In this document: one piece after another, positions 34,256-46,450 of the stretch
Layout: each line of letters starts with the position of its first letter
Position numbering within the stretch: the stretch's first letter is position 1
NCBI GenBank assembly: GCA_032718475.1
Contig: JAUCBJ010007758.1
Coordinates: 56,813 to 120,812, forward strand
DNA length: 64,000 bases
Source: Nemertoderma westbladi
Taxonomy: Eukaryota; Animalia; Xenacoelomorpha
Direction: 5' to 3'
Position numbers and translations under genes: made by a program
Notes under the pieces: generated by a model
What the model was told of the DNA's origin: nothing
Seen by the model: the letters and a program-made list of their open reading frames with translations, nothing else
The model's database searches: none

Positions 34256-37023
34256 CGGTCAGGGCCCTAAACCGATTAGGTTCTCTGTTCGCAGAACACC
34301 GAACACTATTCCGGCCACGGAACTAGTCCAGCAGAATGCCTTTATAGAATCCTGGGATTTGGGGGACGAGAGGATCTCAGCAACTAAGCGAAAACGAACA
34401 ATAGGATGTTCCTAGACCCCCCAACAAAATTTATCTAGAAGACTTTTTCCCATATACATTACGTTTCAAAAGTCTACGGTTCTCCGGCTAGGGCCAATTT
34501 GAGTCAAAAAGTCAGCTTCCCTAGCAACCTCGTTGCTATGGAGATAAGTCCAGAACCGCTAATGCTACGGACTTGGGACCGGCGCCAAACTGTAGGCAGC
34601 ATATGGGTTTACCTTCACAACCTTTTTTTTGGAGCGATCAGATCATGATCTTGACCATGATCAGCAAAGATCCGTTTTGATCAGCAATCGGACACTCAAG
34701 GCTTGCTCCAATCGAAAAACTTAAGATTACAAAAAGATTCAGCGACCCCACGTTAGTCATAATTCCCGTTAAAAGATTTTCAAAAAAGTGAATTCTTCCT
34801 GGTGAAAACGCAAGATCATGATCGCGCAAAGATCGGATGTCGTAAAATCGTAACTAAGCATTTTGGATATAAACAATTACTGTAGGAAACATTCAGAACA
34901 CCGCCCTGAGTCGATAAAAAAAAAATTGGCTCGATCGGACAGCCGGTTCTCGAGATCTGATACCTGATCATTAAAGATCATATTTTTTGGTTATTTCCAA
35001 TTTTCTCGAAAACTTTGTTTGAGACCCCCGATTTTTTTTTAAAGAATCGACTTCTATGGTGAAGGGGCAACTTTTGAGCATTTCGAAATTTTCAAAAAGC
35101 GATTTGATCAGGCCGCGATCAGAAAAGATCGTGTTTTTGGTTTTATTTCGAAGACCAAGTCCTGGGAGTTCACCGTATGGAAAAACTTAACATCACAAAA
35201 AGATTCCTCACCCTCGAATTAGGGGGGGTAGCCAAAATTTTGGCATAAAAAAGTTCAAGTCTAGTGGGTCAAAACTCAAGATCATGATCGCGAAAAGATC
35301 AGTGTATTTAAAATCGAATCTAAGCATTTTTTAAATAAACATTTATTGTAAGAAATTTTCAATGGTCTATTCTGAGTTGATTTAAAAAAAAATTGGCTCG
35401 ATCGGTCAACCGGTTCTCGAGATCTGATACCTGATCATTAAAGATCATATTTTTCGGTTTTTTCCAATTTTCTCGAAAACTTTGTTTGAGACCCCCGATT
35501 TTTTTTTTACTAATCGACTTCTATTAAGAAGGGGAAACTTTTAAGCATTTCGAAATTTTCAAAAAACGATTTGATCAGGCCATGATCAGGAAAGATCATG
35601 TTTTCGGTTTTATTTCGAAGACCAAGTCCTGTGAGTTCACCGTATGAAAAAACTTAACATTACAAAAAGATTCCTCACCCTCGAATTAGGGGGGGTAGCC
35701 AAAATTTGACCATAAAAAAGTTCAATTCTAGGGGGTCAAAAGATCATAATCGCGAAATGATCAGTTTTTTCGAAATTACTTCTGAGCATTTTGGGGCAAA
35801 ACTTTCAAACTAAAAAACATTCACTGGAGTGTTCTAAGTAGATTAAAACGTTAAAGTTAGATGGTCGTCCAAAGTCTGCTTCCGGTAATTCGAAAATATT
35901 TCGAAAACCCTAGATCGAATTTTTTTCTTGAAAAAATGTGAATGTACAGTTAGTGGACCCGCATCTAACGATATATCACAATCCATATTTCGGATGACAG
36001 GTACCGGTGAAATCAGACTTTACCAAAAAAATTTCAAATTTTAGCTACTCATGTCTGACTATCTTGAAAACTATAATAGATATGAAAATACTTTCACTGC
36101 AAGAAATGTTCGCCTATCCAATGTGCTTTTAACGCTGTGCTCGGATTTTGCATAGTGTCAAAACCTACAACTTAACCCCCCCAGTGGAGGGAACGGAGTG
36201 ACCGGAGCGCCAGTACTATCTTTCATTATTATATAGTCATAAGGGTGGTGGGTGGGGTAGGTGGTGAATACTATTTATAGGGTGGAGGGAGGGTCTAGTA
36301 TATTACTTTAGGATATTTGATTTCTTTGCAATATAGTTTAGCTGCCTCAGTCTTATTTGTAATATGTTATACATTATACCAAATTATATCAAGTTTAACA
36401 TATTACATTGTCTACCTGTAGGAGAAATATACAATGTAGGGCTCATAATATATTTATAAATAGATTTAGTATATTTACATTGTATAACAGAGTGAATTGA
36501 TACTATTACGGTATTATAGTAAAGATTCCGCTTTGATATATCTGATCAAATGGCAATTTCTGGTAAATTATTTATTTCACTATCTTGGGTATATCATTCA
36601 ATTTCTAAAACTATAATAATAAACATTTACTTCACTTCTTGTTTACTCGCATGGATATATTGATATAAAACACATCAGTATAATATCTTATAGGGCCAAA
36701 CGCAGATTAATCGGAATAATATGTTTAATTAATTATTATTACAATTGGCACATTGAAGTAAGTAGTACATGAGTTTGATAAAATAATTATGAATCCGTAT
36801 CTTATTCTACTTTGTCTATATGGTTATGTTATATAATAATGTTACTTTATCACTTTGGTTTAAACTCATCTCCTTTATAACTACTTACTACCACTACTAA
36901 CTACTATTACTACTACTACCTACTACTGCAGAGTTAGGTGTATATTATAAGAGGACGGGGTTCGTGATTATTAGTTATTATACTAGTGCCCCTCGGCTAT
37001 AGAGAGTCCACCCTCGGTTACTT
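34256..37023. mobile_element. Unclassified non-coding insertion with internal ~465-bp tandem repeat
   Basis: Absent from LTR B copy 1. Flanked by ACTGGA (34250-34255, 37024-37029). A GATC-rich unit recurs at ~34814, ~35280 and ~35742. Confidence 0.7.
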
Positions 37024-38471
37024 ACTGGATGTACTGACGGTAAGACGAGACGGTAATTAAAGTTCCGGTACTACCCTAGCTAAACTGACTTACTACAAAG
37101 TGAATGAAATGATTACTGTACTGACAATATATTGCACGGTTGGCCGCGTTGCACTACCCAGCCGATGCCTTCCCCCCATTGGCTAAAGACTACCAGCGAC
37201 CAAGAATGCAGTTAAGGCTGCATCTAGGTCCCTGAACAGGCAGTACTCTGTTAATCTACAGGAGCTAATAAACCAACAGGTTGACATCAATGATGCTGAC
37301 GACAGCAGGCAATCATCCCAGGCATGGAAATCGATCAATCTGCTTACTGGGCGGAAAAGCCAACCAACCACCAAGGTTAAGGCTGAATCACCAGCCGATC
37401 GCCTCAATGGTTGGAAAGCCCACTTTGAAAAGCTCCTCAATAATGACAGGGTATTGCCTGATAACTTTATAGAAGTAAAGGTGTCTGAGTCTGTACTCCC
37501 AGATATTCCCATTGGCGATATCTCCTTTGCAGAAGTGAAGGCTGCTGCAAAGAGCATTAAGACCAATCGTGCCAGTGGAGTAGATGGTGTTCCCCCTGAG
37601 GTCTTTAAAATACCTGAGTATTTAAAGCTCATCTATCCCATCATAGTAGACATGTACCGTACAACAAGAGTCCCACAAGAAATGAAAACAAATAAGTTGG
37701 TGCCAGTTCCCAAGAAGGGCAACCTAACACTCTATGGTTCTTTTCGGGGAATCTAATTGATCTCGATTGCTGCAAAGCTATACAATAGGATTCTATTTAA
37801 TCGCATCAGGGATCCCATTGAGAGACTGCTCCGTGGAAATCAGAATGGGTTCCGTAAAGGTCGTGGGACCATGGAGCCCATTTTGGCACTTAGAAGGATA
37901 ATTGAAGAATTATCAAAAAAGAAAGACAGGCATCTGGCTGTTATCTTTGTTGACTTCTTCAAGGCCTTTGATTCAGTCTCTCGCTCACGTATGTTCAGCA
38001 TACTTTCATTATATGGGATTCCTGATGAAATTATTGCAGCAATCAGATCAGTATACGATGGTTTGACAACATTTGTGTCTACTGTTGACGGTGACACGGA
38101 ACCATTTGAAGTGTTATGGGGCATCCTCCAAGGAGACACACTTGCACCATTCTTGTTCATTATTGTGGTTAACTATGTTCTACACATGTCCTTAGATCAT
38201 CATAATGATGATGGGGTGATGATAACTCCACCTACTGGCTCCAGAAGTCGAGGAAAGCCTGCCAAGTACCTAACTGATCTAGACTTTGCTGATGACTTAG
38301 GAGTACTCTCAGAATCATTAGAGGGAGCCCAACGGCTCCTCAGCTCATTAGAACATGCTGCTTCTAGTGTTGGTCTTTTTATTAACTCCAGAAAGACCAA
38401 AATTCTGACAGTTAACTTTGAAAGTCCTCAGCAAGTCTCTGATCGGATGAGCATATGCTCAAGGGATGATA

Positions 38472-41213
38472 TTTATTTATTTATTTCCTTTCCATTATCG
38501 GGCACTAATGACCCATGCTACTGTACGTACATTTTTAATATACTAAACGAAACACATAGCACAAAAATTAATTACGGTTGGACCCTACAATCTATAATTA
38601 AATTCACAGTGACCGACAATCGACCAAAGAAAAAAAGAACAAAAATGAAACCAATAGAACTTCATTATACACTATCATTACAAAGTGAAAAATGCAAAAA
38701 AATACAAAAAAAAAACAACAAATTTACGAGGGTGGATATTTATGGCCCAGTATTGCGAATATATTAATTATAGAATATTACACAGATAGAAGTACTTCCC
38801 AACGGTCCCGTATAGTCGAGGACGTACAAATATTAAAACAAACTGAAAGTAAATCGTTACTAGTAGACGCTACTCGCCTTGCGAGCGAGCCTGCCGCAAC
38901 CCTACATATTGCTACAAAAGTATTAACTCGATTATTTACAAAAATTGTATCCGCGTCATCACAGCGACTATACTTAAAAAGTAACCTGAACGCAGTATTG
39001 TAAGCTACACGGACCTTACGCAGTTCCTCAACTCTAAATATACTCCACAATGAAGTACAATAAAGACTGTAACAATAAGTTTTAAATAGCGCTCGTTTCA
39101 CTGGCAATGAGCAACCGCCAAAGAAACGTGCTAACTGGTTACCACGGCGATAAAGAGAACGCTTAGCAACCATCATATCAGACTCATCTGACAGTGAACT
39201 ACTAAGTATGTGTCCTAGATAAGTAAGTTCTTTTACGCAAGGTATTATTTTACCACATAAATAAACATCCCCAGATCTACCTAGTTTACGTGGGTGAAAA
39301 TATAAACACTTAGATTTACCGGGGTTATACAGAATATCGTGATCGATACCATACTTTTCACAGATTCGTAATAGCACTCTCAGACCCTGAATACTAGGGG
39401 CCAAGACACAAAGGTCGTCGGCGTAAAGTAAGTTATTTAATCTACTGGACCCAACTTTACATCCTACAGAAGCACGATTTAATAATTTACTCAAATCATT
39501 AAGATAAATGTTGAACAAAAGAGGAGACAACAACGAGCCTTGTCGTACAGAGTTACCGACACGAAAACCAGCTGAGGTAGCATTACCCCAGGTTACAGTT
39601 AGCACTTGGTTAGTGTACCAGTAGAATAAAATACGTACTATACACACGGGTACTTTGAGATTTAATAATTTCTGAAAAAGTTTGTAATAATTAACCCGAT
39701 CGAACGCTTTAGAGGCGTCTAAGAATGCCACATAAACAGGCGAGTCACGGGAGATATATAAATGAACTGTTTCTTTAAGAACATATATACAAGTCTCGGT
39801 ACCCAGTCCTGGACTAAAACCAAATTGATTGTCGGTCAATTTCGTTTTTCCCTTAATTCTACCAAATATACAAGATTCAAACACTTTAGCACAAATATTA
39901 GATATATTTATAGGCCTATAATTATCCTTATCAGACAAAGAGGCATTCTTATTCTTTACAATAGGAAACAAAGCACAAACCATAAATGAACTGGGAAGAT
40001 ATCCATGCGTTAATAATGCATTAAACAATAACGATAAAATAACACAGAGCTTATCACCGGCATACATAAAATGTTCCGGACAGACGCCATCGGGCCCGGC
40101 GGCCTTCCCGCCATTCAGCCCCTCGATAGCCGATTTTACTTCGCGAGGGGAAACATGAGTTTTCCCCTCACCATCCCAATTTTCAAAGGTTTTCTTTAGA
40201 GACGAGATATCTTTCTCGTTGACGTCAACTGAGTTAAAAATACGTTCATAATTACCACGAAACAGATCAGCAATATCCGCGTCAGAATGAGCGTCACCAA
40301 CTGAAGACGCTCTAGGGATTCTAGAATTAGTTATTTTCTGGGTTTGACGCCAAAAGTCCTTATTAGAAGCGAGAAATGAATCGGCCAATTTATCATTCCG
40401 AATCTCCTTCTCTCGGGCTCTACAGTTACGTAGAGCCAATTTATATTGAGCTGACGTTTTCCTTTTTACTTCCCAAAGCAACCCCGTCTTAGGGTTTCCA
40501 TTTTCCCGCCAAATACGGAAGGCCTCACGAGAGGCCTCACGTTTTTCTTTCACAAATTCATTCCAACCGGGGACCACTGGTTTGTTAGGGCCCCCCGTTT
40601 TAGAATCCGGAAAACATTCCGAACCAGAATTTTTCAAAATACGCATAACATTATCATGTAGCAACTGAAATTGTAACAAATGTGCCTCGTTGCAACAATG
40701 TACATCAGAACAAATAATTGCTTCGTGGGGCAATATAATATCAGAAAATAAAACATTAGTACGATCGGCATATGCACGTTTCATGTTATTATCTACTTTG
40801 TCCCAGAAGGGGGCGCTATAATTCTTACGTGAGACATTATTCAAATTATTAGTTCCATTACAAAAATTATCACACTGCGAAAAAATAAATTTGAATGAAA
40901 TAGGCATATGATCAAAATCTGACACCTCATACAGTATCTTCATATCCAAAATTAACTTATGAAATTCGCAACTCGATATCACGTGGTCGAGCCAAGACAC
41001 GGTACCGTGTACATGGCTCGTGTATGTGAACGAGTTACTAGGTAACAAATGAGAGTCAGAAATATACAGCTTTTCATTGTCGCAAAATTTCATAAGTTCC
41101 TTGCCAAAGCTTCGGCGCGGGTCAGCGTTAAAGTCTCCCAATATACAGTTACTAGTAAAAGTATTAAAATCAATGATCGAACCACATTTACCCAATAATA
41201 ATATATATATATA
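38472..41213 (-). mobile_element. 5'-truncated RTEX-like LINE
   Basis: TSD ATGATAT (38465-38471, 41214-41220). (taaa)n tail. Removing it restores the RTE frame CSRDD-MLEHVDDF. Confidence 0.88.
38778..41195 (-). CDS. LINE ORF2 (partial APE + RT), uninterrupted frame
   Basis: ILGDFNAD, WLDHVI, FDHMPI, PGWN, YRPI, FLDASKAFDRV, VRQGSLLSP, LYADD and LFKTYCYSLY. The ORF-track N-terminus above ~41200 is antisense RTE sequence. Confidence 0.9.
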   Translation of the reverse strand: MGKCGSIIDFNTFTSNCILGDFNADPRRSFGKELMKFCDNEKLYISDSHLLPSNSFTYTSHVHGTVSWLDHVISSCEFHKLILDMKILYEVSDFDHMPISFKFIFSQCDNFCNGTNNLNNVSRKNYSAPFWDKVDNNMKRAYADRTNVLFSDIILPHEAIICSDVHCCNEAHLLQFQLLHDNVMRILKNSGSECFPDSKTGGPNKPVVPGWNEFVKEKREASREAFRIWRENGNPKTGLLWEVKRKTSAQYKLALRNCRAREKEIRNDKLADSFLASNKDFWRQTQKITNSRIPRASSVGDAHSDADIADLFRGNYERIFNSVDVNEKDISSLKKTFENWDGEGKTHVSPREVKSAIEGLNGGKAAGPDGVCPEHFMYAGDKLCVILSLLFNALLTHGYLPSSFMVCALFPIVKNKNASLSDKDNYRPINISNICAKVFESCIFGRIKGKTKLTDNQFGFSPGLGTETCIYVLKETVHLYISRDSPVYVAFLDASKAFDRVNYYKLFQKLLNLKVPVCIVRILFYWYTNQVLTVTWGNATSAGFRVGNSVRQGSLLSPLLFNIYLNDLSKLLNRASVGCKVGSSRLNNLLYADDLCVLAPSIQGLRVLLRICEKYGIDHDILYNPGKSKCLYFHPRKLGRSGDVYLCGKIIPCVKELTYLGHILSSSLSDESDMMVAKRSLYRRGNQLARFFGGCSLPVKRALFKTYCYSLYCTSLWSIFRVEELRKVRVAYNTAFRLLFKYSRCDDADTIFVNNRVNTFVAICRVAAGSLARRVASTSNDLLSVCFNICTSSTIRDRWEVLLSV

Positions 41214-42787
41214 ATGATATGCTTGAGCATGTGGACGACTTCTGTTACCTGGGATCATGGATCCGGAAGTCAGGTGAGGACCTTCGAATACGTAAGGGAA
41301 AGGCATGGGCAGCCTTGAATAGGCTTTTCAGGATTTGGAAGTCACCGATAATTAATTGGAAACTTAAGGTCCGATTATTTAGAGCAGCAGTAGTTCCATG
41401 CTGGGCTCTAACTGCTGAGGACACCAAATCTCTGGATGGCACATTCACAAGAATGCTACTCCGGGTTCATTGTGTCAAGTACAATGCACACATCTCCAAC
41501 CAGACACTATATAACATTGGAGGTGTCTCATTGGTTCCCCCAAGCTTGACACTAGAACAAAATTGCCTCCGCTTTGCAGGACATTGCTTTCGCCGTGAGG
41601 ACCAGCCAGTGCATAATCTTGTACTTTGGCAGCCTCATGGAGTGAATAAGCATGGTGGACAGCCCATGACTTTCTTGAGACGCATCTTAAAGGACACTGG
41701 CCTTAAAGATGCGGATAATCTAGCAAATGTCATGGGTGATAGGGAGTTGTGGCGGTGTAATTTTGTTGACAAGCTGGCACAGCATTCTTAAAAATGCAGC
41801 TGCAATGCAGCATGCCGATCCTAGTAGTTCCCCCCCATTGGCTAATAACCCTGTTGTCGCCCTTCTACCTCCCTTTGGAGTGCTTCCCTTTATCCCTGCT
41901 ATTCTCTCTCTCTCAGGGGTGTAACCCCTGACCCCTATTGTGCATTTTCTTATTGGGGTTTCTCCTTCCCACTTTGTTGGGGTGACACGAGATTGATTGA
42001 TCGCTCTCGTGTTCCCCAATATTGCCTAAACCTAACTCTATGGGGTGGTTAGCGGAATTGAATAAGCTAACACTCCCCCCATGCTATCTTCCCAGTGAGA
42101 AGATAGAATCCACCTATAGTGTGCTACAATTCCGCTGGATCCCGATCTAGTATCGGGTGTGGGGTGGGCCTATTTTCTTGGAGCCGGCTTTCCAGGCCGC
42201 TCTCTATGGGTATGATAATGCTACCCCATCTTGGTACAACTCTACCTATCTTGTACCAAGACATGTGGCATCCCGTGTTGGGCCAATCGTGCGCTTCTCT
42301 CACACAATATTGCTTCCCCAACGCTTTCGCCCTAACTCTCCTCCACTCTTACCCCAACTCTCACATACTCTCGAACCTCCTCGTCCCACGCTCTTTCTCT
42401 TACTTCCCCCCCCCCGCACTTGAATTGCGATCACACTCTCTCCACACTCTGCACTCTCTCCACACTACAACTCAACCTCTATCTTGACCACTCACTCCCA
42501 ACGAGTTTCACCCCCCTCCTGTGCCGTCGCACTCAAGAAGCGTGATGTCGTCCAATATTTTGTCCGTGGCAGTATTATAGTCCATTGGTCCCCAGTCCCA
42601 GTAGCTAATTGAGAAAGGTTGTATGACTATAGTACTTACTTCGAATATATATATCTATTACTAGGTTACTGATTGCTACGTACGTACATACAAATTGCAC
42701 TTATTCAATTATTTTAGATTACTTGAATTTGTACTTAAGAGTTTGCACGTCTTGCGTGGTGCCTTCCAGGCATGCCACATCGAAGTC

Positions 42788-44233
42788 TCAGTTTGTTCCT
42801 CCTGACTTTGGGAACCATCTCAGGTCTTTCCCCCTGTCGTCCTCCTCCCTAGGTCGCTTCTTGGCCGCTGCCGCTCCCTTGGCCTTATCCCCCTTTAGGC
42901 CCCTGACCTTCGCCGTCACCTTTTTACTGATCCCGGTCGTCGGCTCCTTGGGCGCTGGTGTTATCAGTTCCCGGTATCGCTTTGCGGGTGGCCCCTCCAA
43001 ATGACCCTGCTGTCTCCCCCTCGTGGCGTCCCATAAGATTGTTTTCATTGCCCGCGGCACATGCTTTGCCAAGAAATCTCTGAACTCCCCTCGGTTCTGT
43101 GGCGTCCACCTGTCCTAATACCTTTGTGTATTCATCACCCCGGCATACGACGCCGCCTTTGCTACCTCCTGATAGGTGAACGGTAGCCTTTGTTTGATGA
43201 TCTCCAAGTGAGCCTCCTGATTAATACTGAAAAAGCCCCACCTCAACTCCTGGGCCTTCATACGTTGCCGTGTCATGGCCCCGATGTCGGTCCACTCCTC
43301 GAAGATTCTGAACTTCTCTTCGTCGTCCATCCAATCGCACTGGCATCCGTAGTGTCCCCAAAAGTTACACTTCAAACATCGGTTATGCAACCGTGAACAC
43401 GCCCCCATCCTGTGGCTTGACTCGCGGCAGTAGAGACAAGTAGTTCCTTTCTGGAACCGGTACAAACAGCTCCTTTCCTGGTGGGTCTGTCTCCCACAGT
43501 AGTCACAGCCGAGTACAAATGCCTCCCACCCCAAATTGTCTTTTGCCCTAAGCGATTTCCGCGGTCTATGGAGTTGCTGCTGAGCAAACTTTTGGATGTT
43601 AGCGTCCCTGTTCACGTCGATCTCCTCGCCCCTCCCGGGCATCGTCTCCCCAAATACTACCCGTGGTGCCGTTCCCAGTTGCTCGCCCAACCTGATGGTG
43701 CTCGCCACAAAATCCATCGCCGGCTCCTCATGCACCCAGGCCCGCTTGCCGGGTCTGTCCCAGAAGGCCCTCACCCCACTGGCCATCACCACCCTCCCGC
43801 CAACCCAGTCTGTGTCCGAGTGGCCCAACCTTCCGATGGGCGGCATCTCTCCGAATTCATCGTCATCCTCGTCCTACTCTGGGAGTGGCTCCAACCCCGG
43901 TATCCCGGTGGATCCACTGTGTCCCTTCCCACCTTTGCTCTTGCCTTTAACTTTCCATCCTTCCAGCTCCCCTAGCCTCCTAGGTGGCTGGTCACCCTCG
44001 GCGCCCGCTGGTATGGGCGTCGCCTGCAGTCCCGACGTCGATTGTTTTGGCGATCCCACCGTCCATCCTAGTTCTTGCCCTAGCGACTCCCCCGAACTCC
44101 CTGACAACGTCCAACAAAGTTTGTCTAAGGCCGCCTGTTCATCAAAGCCATAGCTCTGCGCCCTAGCTTCCTCCTCTCTTTCTTCCGCCTCTCTTCTCTC
44201 CTGTCTAGCAATTTCTTCTAATCGCTTTGCTTC
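42788..44233 (-). pseudogene. C-terminal part of extra ORF: coiled coil, three CCHC-type knuckles, basic tail
   Basis: EAKRLEEIARQERREAEERE follows the TGA in frame. Knuckles CDYCGRQTHQERSC, CLYCRESSHRMGAC and CLKCNFWGHYGCQC (43115-43846). K/R-rich tail. Contains stops and a frameshift. Confidence 0.7.
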
Positions 44234-45295
44234 TCATCTGTCCGCCTCTAGCTGCTCCCATCTCTGATACGGCGTATCTATGTCCCTGTCTACCAGATGT
44301 CGGCAGTTATAGTACACCGACTCGCCCTTCAGCCCCGGGTGGTCTACCAGACCCTCAAAAGCCGTTTTAAAGGCTCTTCTGTAGCTTAGGGGTGATCCCG
44401 ATAATAGGAATGCCGTTGGTTCCTTCCCAATGACGATGGTCATGAATAGGTTAAGCAAACCCATCATTATCCAGTCCTCCTGTAGGATATATCGCTTCTG
44501 ATATACCTTTATCGCTCCTCTCCGGAATTGATACACCTCTTGTTTCCCTGGCCTTGCTCCCCACTTCAGCGAGTTTGCCAGGTACGCTCCGTACTCCCCT
44601 CTGAACTTGCTCCAATCCATCGGTTTGTGACACACGAGCTCCATTAGCTGGCCCATTGCCACCGCCCCGCAATGTCCTGTGTTCTCCACTAGCCCCAACC
44701 GGTCTGGTGCTATCATAGCCATGTAGACCGTCTGCATATCCAGAAGGTTGGGGGTGTCCGGACCGATGATTTTCTCCGCATCGTCGCAAATCGCCGATCC
44801 CACTTTCGTCGTCGACTTCTCTCTCACTAGGGTTTGCACTGCCTTCGGCAACCGGTTCACCTTCGGCCCGTCCTTCTTTCCATACGTCCCCAGATCGAAT
44901 AGGAATATGTCCCCATTTGGCGCACCCAAATGTAGGAGTATGGTTCTGGCTGACACTGCCGATTCTCTCCTCAAACCTTCCTTGTCTTCCACGGTCCCCT
45001 CATCGTCTAGGACCAAGTATCCTTCTCTGCTGACGGACTCTACAAACCTCTTCCAATCTTTCCTCGGTGGCTCTCTCGCGTACTTTGGAATCCCGAACTT
45101 TGCCTCATCTCCTTTCACCAAGTAGTGGAAATGCTCGAAGATCGCGTTGTCCAGCGACGGTGTCCCGTAGGTCCCAACCAGCCACTGTTTGTGCACCTCC
45201 CTGAAATGGTCTGTAGCGCTCGCGCTCTGTGGCCTCTCTAACCGCTTGTAGTATCCCCTTGTCTTCTCTTCCGGATGCCTCTTGGTGAAATCCAC
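44234..45295 (-). CDS. DEDDy (RNase D/WRN/EXD-like) 3'-5' exonuclease domain, extra ORF of element F
   Basis: ExoI LVLDDEG; LLHLG..IFLFDL; LPKAVQTLV; ExoII KVGSAICDDAEKI; LLDMQ; ExoIII-like QKRYILQED. Start codon uncertain (GTG in the track). Confidence 0.75.
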   Translation of the reverse strand: MDFTKRHPEEKTRGYYKRLERPQSASATDHFREVHKQWLVGTYGTPSLDNAIFEHFHYLVKGDEAKFGIPKYAREPPRKDWKRFVESVSREGYLVLDDEGTVEDKEGLRRESAVSARTILLHLGAPNGDIFLFDLGTYGKKDGPKVNRLPKAVQTLVREKSTTKVGSAICDDAEKIIGPDTPNLLDMQTVYMAMIAPDRLGLVENTGHCGAVAMGQLMELVCHKPMDWSKFRGEYGAYLANSLKWGARPGKQEVYQFRRGAIKVYQKRYILQEDWIMMGLLNLFMTIVIGKEPTAFLLSGSPLSYRRAFKTAFEGLVDHPGLKGESVYYNCRHLVDRDIDTPYQRWEQLEADR

Positions 45296-45454
45296 CAGTA
45301 TCTCCTTTCCTGTGCTACTACCTACTTATTATTGCCAATGGATTATTTATTTATTTTAGTTATTTATTATTTTTTATTTTATGTGTGGGAAGGGCGTCTC
45401 GCCCTCAATCCCACCCCCCTCAGTCCAAATCTTGGACGACTAAACGCTACTCGT

Positions 45455-46450
45455 CTAAGGTGCTCCCTCTAGTAGGCAGCATTTGCCTACAGCCCTTCTG
45501 TAGGTCTTTCTATCTTTCGCCCCTATCTTGCCACCTATCCGCACTTCCACCGATCGGACTCTTCCGTCCTCATCGGAGTAAGTGCCCACGACTCTCGCCA
45601 ACCGCCATTGGTTGTTAATGATGGGATTGTTCGTGATGATCACCAGATCACCCAACCAGACCATCCAGATCTTATTTCGTCCACCCTATTTGCGACGATT
45701 ATAGGGTATTTCGTCCTTTTGTTATGTAGCCAGCCAAGCACTACCATGGAATCCGTCCAGTAGTGTGTTTCCACTATGTTGGGAATAACGTCCATTAAGT
45801 AGCCTGTGGCCCTAACTCCTAATCTTGCAGCTGTCAACTCGAGTTTCGGAACCGATGCTGAATCTGGTGGCGTCGACTTCGCCTTGCTAAAGGCAAGTCT
45901 GGGCTTGTGAGCCCCCTCTTGTTGTACTAAATAAAGTGCCGCTTTGTATGCCTTTAATAACGCATCGGAGAACATATGTAGATCCAGATTCGTCATGTCC
46001 CCATCTGGGAAATACACTCGTGGCATGCTGTATGTTTCCATCTGCTCCAAACTCTCTGTCCATATACACCACTGCGTTCTGATCTCTTCTGGTATCTCTG
46101 CATCCCACTCGTCCTTTAGTTTGTATACTCTCTTGAGTATCTGTTTCCCCGTGACTAGTAATGGGGATGCTAGGCCTAGGGGATCGTATATCCTTGCTAT
46201 GACAACACATAGCCCCTCTTTGTGTGGATTTCTGCGCCCTCCTCGCTTAACTGATACTTCAGTTCATCTGTCTCTTGGTTCCACACGATTCCCAGTGCCT
46301 TCTGTTCAGAATCTATTCGCTTGGTCGCCATGTCCTGTCCCCTAGCTGTCGTGGGATTATCCATGGTCGATTCTGGTCTCTCATCCTTTATCGCCTTGTA
46401 AATTCCTGTGAACTGGATTGGAATTTGGTTAGGTTAAAGCCGAATCCCTT
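45455..46450 (-). pseudogene. BEL/Pao pol remnants (RT end, RNase H, integrase C-terminus; RT core and integrase core deleted)
   Basis: ARIYDPLGLASP, LHMFSDA, VPKLELTAA, HYWTDSMVVLGW and VANRV, joined to GDLVII..WRLARV..RAVGKCCLLE. Confidence 0.88.

Larger units (their letters stand above)
37187..41827 (+). mobile_element. 5'-truncated RTE-clade LINE, interrupted by RTEX-type LINE
   Basis: RT motifs QNGFRKGR, FVDFFKAFDSV, GILQGDTLAPFLF, LDFADD and FCYLGS..LRFAGH. In-frame stop at 37754. (tag)n tail. ~17-bp TSD TTCCCCCCATTGGCTAA. Confidence 0.92.
34072..42584 (-). mobile_element. LTR type B, copy 2 = 3' LTR of BEL/Pao element F, split by two insertions
   Basis: Pieces 34072-34255, 37030-37186 and 41846-42584 reassemble colinearly with 8249-9253. 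PPT GGGACTGGGGACCAA lies directly upstream (42599-42585). Confidence 0.88.

Noticed and set aside
42586-42600. TGGTCCCCAGTCCC as a plus-strand tRNA PBS
   Set aside because: The adjacent gag/pol are on the minus strand, where this sequence reads as a PPT preceding TG.
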